Assembly (NCBI GenBank): GCA_963758295.1
Contig: CAVWUU010000004.1
Location: forward strand, 128,001-192,000
Reading direction: 5' to 3'
Source of the DNA: Candidatus Eremiobacteria bacterium
GTDB lineage: Bacteria > Vulcanimicrobiota > Vulcanimicrobiia > Vulcanimicrobiales > Vulcanimicrobiaceae
Length of the DNA stretch: 64,000 nucleotides
In this document: piece after piece, positions 37,511 through 48,192 of the stretch
Layout: each line of letters opens with the position of its first letter
How positions within the stretch are numbered: position 1 is the stretch's first letter
Notes under the pieces: generated by a model
The model's database searches: none
Seen by the model: only the letters and a program-made list of their open reading frames with translations
Told to the model about the DNA's origin: nothing
Position numbers and translations under genes: made by a program

Positions 37511-38584
37511 CTACGGGCGAACTTCGTAAATGATGTTGAACGGCGTTTGGGTCGCCCGGCGGAATCGCGTGAAGCCGGCTTGTACGGTGACGTCACGAAT
37601 GCGCGTTTCACCGGCTTGAGCGCCAAGCGCGGCGCCGACTTCTTGGGAAAGGGAACCGGGCGTGCACAGGAGCGTTGACGCACCGTAGAACATGCGACCC
37701 ACCGGCGTAAAGTTGTCTTCGACCCTGTCGCCGGAGAACGGTTCGACGACCATCCACGTGCCGTCTTTGTCTAGCGCTTTGTAAACGTGTTCCGCGGCTC
37801 CGACGGGATCGCCCATGTCGTGCAGGCAGTCGAAGTTCGTTACAAGATCGTAGCCCGAACCGGGAAACGACTTTGCCGTTGCCACTTCGAATTTTAGATT
37901 CGCGGGCGCGCCTTGCGCGGCAGCGCGTTCCCGCGCCATCTCGATTGAGGCCGCGTGATAGTCGAAGCCCACGAACTGCGACTGCGGGAAGCTCTTCGCC
38001 ATGATGATCGTCGTTGCGCCAAGTCCGCAGCCGACGTCTGCTGCCGTTGCTCCCGCTTGCAACTTCTGCATAACGCCGTCGAGTGCCGGAAGCCACACGT
38101 CGATAAGGTTCATGACATAGCCGGGTTTGAAGAAACGTTCGGTGCCTTCGAAAAGACCGGCATCGTGCTCGTGCCAGCCGAACCCGCCTCCGGTCACAAA
38201 GCGGCGTTCGATCTCGGGTGCTGATTTGAACGCCGCTTCCATGAGCTGGAACATGCCATGCAGATAAAGGGGACTCGTTTCATCGGCAAGCAGTTTGATT
38301 TGCTCCGGCGTCATGAAATACCGATGCGTCGCGGTGTCGTAGGCGATGTATCCGCTTGCGGCTTGTTGGGCAAGCCATTCGCGGACGTAACGCTCCGAAG
38401 TTCCGGTGGCCTCGGCGATTTCTTTGGAAGCAGCCGGCCCGCGTTCGGCGAGCGCCTTGTAGAGACCAAGACGTTCGCCAATGCGCGTGAGCGGTACGGT
38501 CCATGCGGCGCCCCAATCGCCGACGATTTGAAAGACCAACGACATCAGTTTGTCCTGGTCTACGGTGTTCTGTATGGTGGACAT
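37511..38584 (-). CDS. Class I SAM-dependent methyltransferase with N-terminal winged helix (Rv2258c-like)
   Basis: ERYVREWL..QAA.GY, ADVGCG.G, FDCLHDMGDP, LGAQAGE. Confidence 0.92.
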   Translation of the reverse strand: MSTIQNTVDQDKLMSLVFQIVGDWGAAWTVPLTRIGERLGLYKALAERGPAASKEIAEATGTSERYVREWLAQQAASGYIAYDTATHRYFMTPEQIKLLADETSPLYLHGMFQLMEAAFKSAPEIERRFVTGGGFGWHEHDAGLFEGTERFFKPGYVMNLIDVWLPALDGVMQKLQAGATAADVGCGLGATTIIMAKSFPQSQFVGFDYHAASIEMARERAAAQGAPANLKFEVATAKSFPGSGYDLVTNFDCLHDMGDPVGAAEHVYKALDKDGTWMVVEPFSGDRVEDNFTPVGRMFYGASTLLCTPGSLSQEVGAALGAQAGETRIRDVTVQAGFTRFRRATQTPFNIIYEVRP

Positions 38585-38685
38585 AGTAGCGAGCGGTCCT
38601 CCGTTTGCATCGAAATGATGCCGGAAGAGGTCGGGATAGTTGCTACTGTACCACCGGGACGCACACCGTGGGAGATCTGTCTAAG

Positions 38686-39327
38686 CTAAGGTTTTACCGC
38701 TGGATTTTTTTCAGCGAAGGCACCGCTGGGATTTGCTCTCACCCACACGATCATGTCCCAAATCTCCGGCATGTCGAAGACCTTTGCGACCTCTTTGGAA
38801 TCTTTTGCCTTGCCCATTTTTACGAGATCCGCGGCTGTCGGATGGGCGGGGTCGCCGCCGGCGGCTTTATATTTGGGGGCCATGATGTAGTGGTCGTAAG
38901 TGCGCTTCCCGGAAGCATCTACAAGCACGTAATGCACGTGGTCGGCAAACTCGTAAAGGCGGCCCGGGTTCACGCCGAAAAGCGTTGGCCGCGTCGTGCC
39001 GGTCACGGGTGAGGAGAAATCGGCACCCAGAAGTTTCCCGTTCTTGTCGTACCAAAGCTGGCTTGGATGTTGCGGGTCGCTCGAGTTCCATTGAAAGTTT
39101 GCATAGCTGATGGCGCCCGTTTCGTCTTCGTTCGTGTAACGAATGTAACCGGCGCGTTCGGCATCGGCCGCGGTCGGGAAACGTTGCATCAAATCTTTCT
39201 GAATCGACGCGACGAACGACGCTTCAGTGGGGCTCAGCGGACCGGAGTAGGTTGGGGTTTGATCCGCGGACGCAACCGCGGTGCAGGCAAAAAGAAGCGC
39301 GATAAGCGCATGCATTGTGCGTTTCAT
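38686..39327 (-). CDS. Secreted hypothetical protein
   Basis: Signal peptide ending ASA; TATAAT 6 nt before ATG 39327; motifs AERAGY, PSQLWYD, NPSG.FA..NP.V. Confidence 0.78.
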   Translation of the reverse strand: MKRTMHALIALLFACTAVASADQTPTYSGPLSPTEASFVASIQKDLMQRFPTAADAERAGYIRYTNEDETGAISYANFQWNSSDPQHPSQLWYDKNGKLLGADFSSPVTGTTRPTLFGVNPGRLYEFADHVHYVLVDASGKRTYDHYIMAPKYKAAGGDPAHPTAADLVKMGKAKDSKEVAKVFDMPEIWDMIVWVRANPSGAFAEKNPAVKP

Positions 39328-39381
39328 GGCGTCATTATAGCAGGCGGTCACGAAATCGGCCGCATGGAGCGTTATGCGCAT

Positions 39382-40320
39382 ATGAACGAACGAGCGGCGA
39401 TCGGACCTATCGCGGCGATCATTCTAGCGGTCTTCATCGTATTAGCCGCGGCCATGGCGCTTGCTCCGAAAATTGCGCTTCATTCCGATGGCTCAGGTCA
39501 GGTCGAAAAGGTCAGTCTAACGCGCAAATATGCGGCGGTAACCCTCGGTCCGAAGTTGAAAGCCAACGCTCCAAATGCCAATACGAGTGCCACTGCCAAC
39601 ACACCCGGGGCGTCGGATGGGCTGCTAATAGCGCGCACCGGAAGCATCACGTTATTCGTCAGTAACGTGAATTCAACCGTCACGCTACTCTCGCGGTTGG
39701 CGCAGCACGAACGCGGCGACGTCTCGTCAATGACGTTCGATAACGGCGGAGACGTCGCATCGAGATCGAGCGCCGATGTCAGCCTGCGGGTGCCCGCAAC
39801 GCACTTCGACGACGCGATGGCCCAGGCGGCGAGGTTTGGAACGGTTCGGCAGTCCTCCGTTAGCGCGGAAGATTTGACGTCCGACATTACGGACTCGACA
39901 GCGCGGCTGCGAAATCTGCGGCGCACGGAAACCGACATCTTGCGGATCATGGAGCGGTCCGGGAGCGTTGGTGAAGTCCTCAATGCTGAGAATCAGCTCT
40001 CGCAAGTTCGCGAGAATATAGAGACGCTCGAATCAGACTTGAAATTCAAGCAAAATCGCGTGATCTATGCGACGGTCGACATCAGTGTCGCATCGGAAGC
40101 GAACGCTACCGTCGTCGAGCCCGGCTTTGCCGCACAACTCTCAAATGCGTGGCTCGCGGCGCTTGATTCGCTCTCGCAAACGACGCTCGACTTACTTGCC
40201 CTCATCACCTGGCTTGTGGTCTATCTACCGTATCTCGCCGTCATGGTCATTGCGGGGTTCTTCCTATACCGCCGATGGAAAGCCCGTGTCCGTCTAGCGG
40301 TGGGGGCTCAACAGCCCTAA
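39382..40320 (+). CDS. DUF4349 domain protein
   Basis: IARTGSITL.V, LRVPA..F, EDLT....D..ARL.NL, E.QL..VR..IE, V.YATV; C-terminal TM. Confidence 0.85.
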   Translation: MNERAAIGPIAAIILAVFIVLAAAMALAPKIALHSDGSGQVEKVSLTRKYAAVTLGPKLKANAPNANTSATANTPGASDGLLIARTGSITLFVSNVNSTVTLLSRLAQHERGDVSSMTFDNGGDVASRSSADVSLRVPATHFDDAMAQAARFGTVRQSSVSAEDLTSDITDSTARLRNLRRTETDILRIMERSGSVGEVLNAENQLSQVRENIETLESDLKFKQNRVIYATVDISVASEANATVVEPGFAAQLSNAWLAALDSLSQTTLDLLALITWLVVYLPYLAVMVIAGFFLYRRWKARVRLAVGAQQP

Positions 40321-41195
40321 GCCTCGTCCCACTTTGCGAGCTTCGAGCACACGTCGTACGTGCTGTTGAAGAAATCCCGTAACATTTCGCGTGGCGAGAC
40401 CGCCGTTCTGACCGCTTCGTACGGCAAAATGAAAAGTCCCAGTTCCTCGTGCCAGCGAGCGGCGTCTGGCCGGATGGTTGCATTCGCGACACCATCAGGG
40501 CGCGGATATGCGTAGGCCCAAAACGCCGGTTCTCCATAACGGTCGTCGCCGGCCCAGAACCCCGCGCAAATTTCTTCAGCATCCATCGCTTCACGCATGA
40601 TGACGTCGTTGCTCGGCGGCGTAGCCGGGCGTCCGGAGAAGCGCGCGTACGCAAGATCGAACGTTCCCCAAAAGAACTGGACAAGCGTGTGACGGCGCCG
40701 GAACGGTGCGCGATGTTCTTTGAGCGCGCTGTCGGCTTGCACGAGGATTCGCCAAAAGCGATTCACGCGTTCTCTGTCGTAGGTCTTATGCGTGGTGTCG
40801 CGATCGAACGGGATCCGCTGCGCTACCTCGTCGGGGATTGCCCGAATGTTCACCGCGATGTCTAAGGTTCGCAGTGCTTCCGTCACTTCGGCGTAGAAAT
40901 CAGCCACCGTGCGATCGCCCAAGTCGATCTCGCGCGTGGCGCCATCGCTATCGAAGATGCGAAGAACGTGCGCGTTTAGATCGAACTCGATTTCAAACCC
41001 TCGGTCGCCGTACGGAATCATGCCCGTGCTCAAGCCGCGAGGCGTTACACGCAGCGATACGTGCGCCCACTCCGGCTCGGGATAAGAAAGGGCGGCGCGG
41101 ATCTTGCCGATGATCTGCGTGTACATGTGAAGCGTGTCACACGTGTCACGCCATGAACCGAGCGGCAAATCCGGCCAAGCGCTTGTGCTTCTCAT
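40317..41195 (-). CDS. DUF5996 family protein
   Basis: WP.LP...WRDT..TLHM.TQI.GK.R, VQFFWG.FDLA..RFSGR.A, GFW.GD, LG.FILPYEAVR. Confidence 0.88.
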   Translation of the reverse strand: MRSTSAWPDLPLGSWRDTCDTLHMYTQIIGKIRAALSYPEPEWAHVSLRVTPRGLSTGMIPYGDRGFEIEFDLNAHVLRIFDSDGATREIDLGDRTVADFYAEVTEALRTLDIAVNIRAIPDEVAQRIPFDRDTTHKTYDRERVNRFWRILVQADSALKEHRAPFRRRHTLVQFFWGTFDLAYARFSGRPATPPSNDVIMREAMDAEEICAGFWAGDDRYGEPAFWAYAYPRPDGVANATIRPDAARWHEELGLFILPYEAVRTAVSPREMLRDFFNSTYDVCSKLAKWDEA

Positions 41196-41393
41196 GTGCC
41201 AAGTATAGGCGATTTCTGCCTAACGCGGCGCCAATTCTTAGCCTGTGGCGCGATTCCGGCCGCCGTCTCGCTGGAGTTCCTATGGAAGTCGAAGCCGCTG
41301 CTGCCGCCGTGCGACCGGCGAATCCAACGAACGAAGAAGGCTGCGATCAGGGCACATGTGGTGCGAGCATGACGCACGTAACGGAAATGTTGC

Positions 41394-41876
41394 TCAACTC
41401 CTTCGCAGACGCAGTTCCATAAATGTGGGGCACGCATACTCGACCCTGCCATACGGCGCGCTGCCGGTGAATCCAAGGGACTGGTAAAGCCGGTACGCCG
41501 GCGCAAGGCGCGTCCGGTCGGTGTCGAGCACGACGCGATCGTAATTTCGCTCTCGCGCAAGTTCCAGCAGACTCGCCATTAGTGCCCGCGCAACGCCCAT
41601 GTTGCGGTGATCCGGCGAAACGTACATTTTCTTCACCGCCGCCGTCTGTCGATCGAGTTCACAGAGCGCAACGCATCCCGCAGGCGCGCCGTCAACGTCG
41701 GCGATGAACCCTGCGTGCGGAGGGCCGTAGTATTTGCGCAAATCGGCCAGTTCGACGGCGAAGTCCGAATGGCGCAGATCTTCGGCTAAGCTCTCTTCAT
41801 ATTCAACGAGAAGCTCCCGGAACCGGTCGAAATCGGCATCGTTCGCTGCGCTTCGAACGCTAAGCTTCATACTCAT
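41394..41876 (-). CDS. GNAT N-acetyltransferase
   Basis: AGCVAL, KKMYV.P.HR.MGVARAL, V.LDT, A..LY.SLGF. Confidence 0.9.
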   Translation of the reverse strand: MSMKLSVRSAANDADFDRFRELLVEYEESLAEDLRHSDFAVELADLRKYYGPPHAGFIADVDGAPAGCVALCELDRQTAAVKKMYVSPDHRNMGVARALMASLLELARERNYDRVVLDTDRTRLAPAYRLYQSLGFTGSAPYGRVEYACPTFMELRLRRS

Positions 41877-43442
41877 GGACGGGCTTTTCGATGCGGCGCC
41901 ATGTGGCACTTCGATCGGGTCTGGCAATGAGCTCGTACAGTGCGCCCGCGGCGACGATGACGAGCATGATCAAGAGCGTGATCCAGCCGTAGTTGAAGAT
42001 TGCCCGTCCACCCGAGAGGGGCCCCGGCCAAACGATATTGAGCAACATCAAGAACAGATACGTTGCGGCGCCAATAGTGACGATCCAACCCCAACGGCCG
42101 AGCATGAACACGCCGCTCGGCTTCCATCCGCGGATGCGCGCGACGAGCGCACCGAAGACGGTAAGGAAAAAGGCGAGATAGATTCCCGACGTCGCAAACG
42201 AAACGAGGGCATAGAGAGCGGTGACGTTTGCCGGATAGTCAAACCAAAGGATATGAATCGGCTTGCTCGGATTTACGAGAACGAGCAGCAAGAATAGGAA
42301 CGGAACGATCGCACCAACGAGGATGGCATTGACCGGCGTGCGGTGCCGCTCCGAGATCTGTTTGAGCTTTGCGCTGAAGGGAAGGCGCCGTCGCGTGCGA
42401 GCGCAAACGCCACACGTGCGCCCGCGCCTTGAACGGCGGTGCCGCAGCTGAAGAACGCGACGATGACCATGACCAAGAAGAATTGTTGCAGCCATCCAGG
42501 CAACGTTCCGAGAATCGCGTTGATACCGCCGGCTACGACCGGAGCGATTCCGGAAGAAGGCGTCGCGAGCAGCAGGCCTAGGACAAGGACGAACGACGCG
42601 ATGCCCCCGTAAAGCAGCGCATTTCGCATCGCTTTAGGAACCTGGCGCTGTGCGTCCACGGTTTCTTCGGAAATGTCCCCGGCCGATTCGAAGCCGTAGA
42701 AAATATAGACGTTAGCGAGAATGGCCACGAGAGCCGCGCTTGTCCACCAATTGCCGCCGAAATTCAAACCGAGCGGATTTTTCGTGAGCGCCTCCGCGCC
42801 TTGCGTGGTAAATGTGAATGAGAACCCTTGGTGAAAGCCGTGGATGGCAAGCGCGAGGAAAACGCCGAACGTTCCAATCGTTTCGACGTACACTCCAAAA
42901 CGCGCGACATGCCCCATGATCTTTGCGCCGACGGAATTCAAAATCGCCGAGAAGATGATTATGCCGCCCGTTATCACGAAAATTGCGGCGTTGTTTGCCG
43001 GGTTGAGATGCGTTTTAAACCAGATGTTGCAGAGCGACGTCACGTACCCCACGGCGCCCGAATCAACCGATGCGACCGTTGCCAGGAGCGCGAAACCATA
43101 GATCCACCCGACGAACCAACCGTATCGCGGCCCGACATTGTACTTCCCGTATTGATAAAGCGCGCCGGAGAGCGGATATTCGCTGGACAACTCGCCAAAC
43201 ACGAGCGCGACCAGCATCATGCATGCCACGACTACCGGAATCGTCCAGATGTACCGCGGGCCACCCGTCCCAAGCCCAAGGGTGTACAACGAATAAATGC
43301 CGACCATCGGGCTCAAGTAACTGAATGCTACGGAAAAATTGTCAAAGAGCGATAGCACTCTTGACAATTCCTGGCGGTATCCGAGCGCCGCGAGACGATC
43401 GCGCTCGCCGGTGCGATCCTTTTCGGTTAGTGCGTCGTCCAC
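41860..43442 (-). CDS. APC family amino acid permease; 1-nt frameshift at about 42380, probably a sequencing error
   Basis: LGY.QEL.R.L..F.NF, ELSSEYP.SG.LY, GFESAGDISEET. ARDGAFP|FS is broken by a missing C in a C-run. GTG start is approximate. Confidence 0.88.
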
Positions 43443-43879
43443 GCCCAGCCGGTTATGCGCCAACCGGCTCCCACCCTTCGGAGCGCGAAGGTGAAGCGCG
43501 CCCCATTTTCAGTGACCGGCTTTCCGTGAGCTTTATACGTGAATGCTGCCGGCAATACGACATACGCGCGATCTTTCGTCACCTTGAAGTCTCGTGCCGT
43601 GCCAAGAATGACGCGAGCGCTTGTAATGCTCATAAAGTTCGCCATTCCTGTATAGGCACGCGCCCAATCGGCGCAGCCACGCGGTCCCGGCCAGACGTGC
43701 GGCGGAAAATCGTCGATAACCGACGATGTAGAATCGCACGCCGCGACGGCGCTCCGCATATTGCCGGTATTAAAGCCGTTGATGAACTGACGGATGGGCG
43801 CCATCACGCCCGATTCGCCGGAAGCGAACGCCGGTGCGGCTGTTGCAAGCACGGTGAGAAGTACAAACAAGCTTCTCAT
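43427..43879 (-). CDS. Secreted NTF2/SnoaL-like protein
   Basis: Signal peptide; FINGFN.G, IDDFPP..W.G, FTFALRR...GWRI..WAW. Confidence 0.75.
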   Translation of the reverse strand: MRSLFVLLTVLATAAPAFASGESGVMAPIRQFINGFNTGNMRSAVAACDSTSSVIDDFPPHVWPGPRGCADWARAYTGMANFMSITSARVILGTARDFKVTKDRAYVVLPAAFTYKAHGKPVTENGARFTFALRRVGAGWRITGWAWTTH

Positions 43880-45075
43880 TGATACCTCAACGCCGTTTCA
43901 TAGACCCGCGAAAGGAGTTGTCCTATTTTGTCGTCTTTCGCGTTCGGCTGACTGTTCAATCCCAAAGCAATGACCATCTTTGTTTCAGGAAAGTACGCGT
44001 AGACCATGCGATAGCCGAGCGTTTCGCCCTCATAGAACCAGAACGTCCCGAGCTTCGGCATGGCTAGCTCGCCGACGCCGAGTCCGAAGCCTCGAGCGGT
44101 AGCCGATGCCTTGGCGATAGGCTTGCCGTTCTCCATAGCGACGAGTGTCTTCAAGTCTTTGCGCCCTTGATCGGTAAGCATCGGCGACTCGTAGAGTGCG
44201 CGGACCCAATCCGTAACGGCGTGCGGCGTAGCAACAATGCCGCCCGCACCTTGGGTCCATGATAGGTTGAACGAGCGAACGTCGCGTCCCAGGATCGGCG
44301 CCAACGGCCGGTTGTCGGCATCGCGGCTGTAGAAGTAGCCGGCGACCATCCGTTTCGTGATCGAAGACGGATAGAGTCCCGGTCGATAGTAGGTGTCGCG
44401 CAGATGCGGGCCGCCGTCGATAAACCGGCGATGAAATTGCACGGCGTAATCGCTGCGGGTGATGTGCTCCACGATGACCTGCGACATGAGGTATGCAGTA
44501 TTGGAATACAGCCAGCCGTCGCCGGGTTTAAAGCGCGTCTGCGGATAGACCACGCCGATCAAATGCTGTGTGCTCAAGAACTCGTAAGGATGCGCGGCAA
44601 TGTTTGCAAGCACCGACGGCACCGCATCGTACGTCGGGATGCCGCTCGTCATGTTGAGCAAGTCCCGAATCGTCACCGATTTCCAGGCGGGATACTGCGG
44701 CAGCCACTTGCCAACCGTGTCGTGGATCGAAAGCCGGCCCTCCGCCTGAAGTTGCAGCACCATCGTCGCGGTGAAGGCTTTGGTGTTGCTGCCGATCTGG
44801 AAAAGATCGGCCGGCGTAGCCGGGATTTTCCCGCCGTAGGCCGTCGTGCCGGCAGCGACGTCGAGGGTTGGATCCCCCGGTGTACGGCTGATGCTCACCG
44901 ACGCGGCCGAAATGTGTTCGATTTTCCCGCGCTGAGCCAGATATTGTTGAAGTTCCGTCTTTACGGCGTCACGCAATGGGGGGCGGGCGCCTGCGCTTGG
45001 TTGCGCGGCGATGAGACCGAGAAGCAAGCAGGCAATACCGGCGCGAATGAAAGCAACAGGGGGCAAGACATCCAC
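43876..45075 (-). CDS. Secreted serine hydrolase (beta-lactamase class C / D-Ala-D-Ala peptidase family)
   Basis: FQIGSNTK (SxxK), LLNMTSGI, YSNT (YxN). Confidence 0.9.
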   Translation of the reverse strand: MDVLPPVAFIRAGIACLLLGLIAAQPSAGARPPLRDAVKTELQQYLAQRGKIEHISAASVSISRTPGDPTLDVAAGTTAYGGKIPATPADLFQIGSNTKAFTATMVLQLQAEGRLSIHDTVGKWLPQYPAWKSVTIRDLLNMTSGIPTYDAVPSVLANIAAHPYEFLSTQHLIGVVYPQTRFKPGDGWLYSNTAYLMSQVIVEHITRSDYAVQFHRRFIDGGPHLRDTYYRPGLYPSSITKRMVAGYFYSRDADNRPLAPILGRDVRSFNLSWTQGAGGIVATPHAVTDWVRALYESPMLTDQGRKDLKTLVAMENGKPIAKASATARGFGLGVGELAMPKLGTFWFYEGETLGYRMVYAYFPETKMVIALGLNSQPNAKDDKIGQLLSRVYETALRYQ

Positions 45076-45122
45076 CTCCGCGGCAAAGCATCGTTGTAGC
45101 CGTTATACCATGGGAAGCGAGC

Positions 45123-45485
45123 CTACTGGAATGCGTTCGCCGTGATCTCGCCCTTCATCCAGGAATGATAGGTGCATACGTACTTGTAGGTTCCGGCGCG
45201 GTCGAACTTATAGCGCCAGCCTTTGCCGGCTTGCAAATCGCCGGACTTAAAATTATCCGCCGTGACGTTGTGAGTTATTTCGTCATCGTTCACAAAAAGG
45301 ACGGTCTGGCCGACCGTAATCGTGGCTGATTGGGGATCGAAGGCCGAACCCCGCATGTGCACGGTGAGAGCGGGCTGTTGACTCCCGGAGGTACCGGTAT
45401 CGCTCCTGGCGGACGCGACGCTTACAAACGCGGCCAGCAGGGCGATCGGCAGTACGGCCATTTTCAGGCTCTTCATGCTCTTCAT
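45123..45485 (-). CDS. Secreted cupredoxin (amicyanin/plastocyanin-like blue copper protein)
   Basis: F.N.D...HNV and Y.CTYHSWM.G type-1 copper ligands. Confidence 0.9.
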   Translation of the reverse strand: MKSMKSLKMAVLPIALLAAFVSVASARSDTGTSGSQQPALTVHMRGSAFDPQSATITVGQTVLFVNDDEITHNVTADNFKSGDLQAGKGWRYKFDRAGTYKYVCTYHSWMKGEITANAFQ

Positions 45486-45580
45486 GCTTCTTACATGCTC
45501 CCTAGCTTTCTAGAAAAATGCACGATAGCGTGAGAACGTGAAAATGGCATAAACGCACGAGTCCGTGGTGACCATGCCTG

Positions 45581-46480
45581 TTAGTGTCGGCGCAGCGTTT
45601 CTAGCTCTTCCAGGGTGCGCGGCCAGTCGAATCCGAGGACGCGCGAAAGAGCGCGATCGGCGAGAAGTTTTCCGCCGTTTTGGCAGGCTGCGCAATAGTT
45701 CGTTTCATTATCGGCATACCGGATACGCTGAATTTTTGCACCACAGCGCGGACACGGCTGCTCGTACTTTCCGTGTACGGCCATGTTTTTATGGAACGCC
45801 GTCACTTTTTCGGGAAAATTCCCGTTCGACTCCGCTCGCAGCCGGTCGACCCAAAGATGTAATGTTTGCTGCGTTGCATCGTAGAGCCGGCGCCATTGCT
45901 CGCTGGACAATTTCTGCGTAAGCGCGATTGGCGAGAGCTGCGCTGCATGAAGGATTTCGTCGGAGTACGCGTTACCGATGCCGCTCAGAAACCGCGGATC
46001 GGTCAACGCTCTTTTGAGCGTTCGATTTTCGCGGGTTAGTGCGTCGCGAAATTGATTCAAAGTGCTGGCAAATACGTCGATGCCGCCGGGGTCGATTTGC
46101 AGAAGGGCCGCCTCACCCCGAACCGCGGACAACGCCGCTCGGTGCTTTGAACCGGCTTCCGTTAGCACAAGGGAGCCATTCGGAAAATCGAATGCCGCAA
46201 GCGACGCTCGTCCGCTCAACGGTGCGCCGGCATCTCTCCAATGCAGACGTCCGGCAATCATCAGGTGCAGCACCAGCCAAAGGTCTCCGTCGAATCCGAT
46301 GGCAATGCGTTTTCCGACGCGGCGTAATCGTCGAACCACTGCGCCTTCAAATTGCGAGAGCGGAGGTTCGGCGGTTCGCAACAGAAATGGGTTCCCGATT
46401 CTTACGCGTTCGAGGCGCTGGCCGACGATTCGGCTGTTCAACGCATCGAGGTAAGTCTCGATATCGGGAAGCTCGGGCAT
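45581..46480 (-). CDS. Fpg/Nei family DNA glycosylase (Fpg2-like)
   Basis: MPELP N-terminus, R.GK, HLMIAG, GIGNAYSDEIL (H2TH), CPRC...CAAC zinc finger. Confidence 0.92.
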   Translation of the reverse strand: MPELPDIETYLDALNSRIVGQRLERVRIGNPFLLRTAEPPLSQFEGAVVRRLRRVGKRIAIGFDGDLWLVLHLMIAGRLHWRDAGAPLSGRASLAAFDFPNGSLVLTEAGSKHRAALSAVRGEAALLQIDPGGIDVFASTLNQFRDALTRENRTLKRALTDPRFLSGIGNAYSDEILHAAQLSPIALTQKLSSEQWRRLYDATQQTLHLWVDRLRAESNGNFPEKVTAFHKNMAVHGKYEQPCPRCGAKIQRIRYADNETNYCAACQNGGKLLADRALSRVLGFDWPRTLEELETLRRH

Positions 46481-46481
46481 C

Positions 46482-46940
46482 TCAGAATGCCGGCAGCGAC
46501 GGCTTCAAAATCATTAGGACAAACGCGATGAAAGGGAAGACGAGCGCAATCGTTCCCCACAAATTCCACGCGGTGGATTGCCGTTCGTAGTCGATCATAT
46601 TGCCGCCATGAGCCGCGATTGAAAGTTGCCGTTGCGCGCGCGAGAGCGGCCCAAACGCGAGGCCCGAGATAATAAAGGCGACGATAGCCCAGAGCAGCCA
46701 ACCCGTGGAGAGAATCGGAATGTGGCCCACAACCGCTGCGCCGATCCCGCCGATCAACAAGATGACGATCCCGGGAATCGTAAAGATGCGATCGGCGTGG
46801 ATGATGGAATCCATTGTGTACGCCATGACGACCGGGTTCTGCGTGCGGTCCGCGCTGCGCTTCCAAAGCACGCCGACGGTGATGTTTCCGAGGAATAGCA
46901 GAACTCCGATGAGGTGCACGAGCTTCAAAAAGAGATACAT
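46482..46940 (-). CDS. DUF2269 family membrane protein
   Basis: YL.LKLVH......F.G, D..FT.PG, LMI.KP C-terminus. Confidence 0.8.
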   Translation of the reverse strand: MYLFLKLVHLIGVLLFLGNITVGVLWKRSADRTQNPVVMAYTMDSIIHADRIFTIPGIVILLIGGIGAAVVGHIPILSTGWLLWAIVAFIISGLAFGPLSRAQRQLSIAAHGGNMIDYERQSTAWNLWGTIALVFPFIAFVLMILKPSLPAF

Positions 46941-47126
46941 GGGCGCTCCTCTGGTGGAACTCGTCGAGTGGAATTCATTCGTCCAACGACGGAAAATCGC
47001 TTTTGTGAGCGAGTCCCCGGGCTAGGAACCGCCATACCTGCCCAGCTCTGGTCGCGTAACGGGGCTCTCGGTTCCGCTATACCGCTCGGAAGGAACGGCG
47101 CGGCGCCTTCCGGGTAAAGAGTCGCG

Positions 47127-48189
47127 GTGAGTGGTTCTAGCGATTCGGGATTCGTGCGCGTGCGCGGGGCTCGCGAACATAATCTGAAAGACGTCGATTT
47201 GGAGATTCCGCGTGATGCGCTCGTGGTATTTACGGGTGTTTCCGGATCAGGGAAATCCTCGCTTGCGTTCAGCACGCTTTATGCCGAAGCCCAGCGGCGG
47301 TATCTGGAATCGGTTTCGCCGTATGCGCGACGCCTCTTCAATCAGATGTCCGTGCCCGACGTTGACGAGATCGACGGGTTACCGCCGGCCGTTGCTTTGC
47401 AGCAACAACGCGGCACGCCCACGACTCGTTCCTCCGTGGGCAGCGTCACGACCCTTTTCAATCTCCTGCGCATGTTGTATTCGCGCGCCGGCGCCTATCC
47501 ACCGAAGCAACCCCATCTCGAAGCGGAAGCGTTTTCGCCCAACACGCCGGCCGGAGCTTGCCCGCGCTGCCACGGCTTAGGGCGTATCTACGATGCGACG
47601 GAAGAGTCGATGGTGCCGGATCGATCGCTCACCATTCGGGAACGTGCCATCGCCGCGTGGCCACTTGCATGGCACGGGCAAAACTTGCGCGATATCGCGA
47701 CGACGTTGGGGATCGATGTCGACAAGCCGTGGAAAGACTTGCCGAAAAAGAATCGCGACTGGTTGCTGTTCACCGAGGAGCAGCCGACGGTACCCGTCTA
47801 TGCTGGTTTCACGCCTCCCGAAGTGCGCCGCGCACTCAAACGCAAAGAAGAACCGAGCTACATGGGCACCTTCACGAGTGCCCGGCGTCACGTGATGCAA
47901 ACCTTCGCGAGGAGACACCCTGTACGTTCTCGATGAACCGACAACCGGATTGCATCCATCGGACGCCGATAAGCTCGTAACGCTGCTCCACGGATTGGTC
48001 GACTCCCGCAACACGGTTATCGTCGTGGAACACGAAATGCGCGTTGTCGCGGGCAGCGATTGGGTTATCGATATCGGTCCGGGTGCCGGCGAGGAAGGCG
48101 GCCGGGTCGTAGTCTGCAGCCCACCCGAGGACGTAGCGCGCTCATCGGAGAGTCGAACGGCACCCTATATGCGCAGCTTTATGGCGTGA
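47127..48189 (+). pseudogene. uvrA: UvrA paralog (UvrA2/DrrC-like) with large internal deletion
   Basis: N-part: [26 protein letters not shown]. At about 47910 it jumps out of frame straight into GDTLYVLDEPTTGLHP...VVEH...GPGAG..GG, the end of the second ATPase domain. Confidence 0.85.
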
Positions 48190-48192
48190 CGA

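Noticed and set aside
43876..45075. Beta-lactam resistance call
   Set aside because: The motifs fit the general serine hydrolase / D-peptidase family; specificity cannot be read from the sequence.
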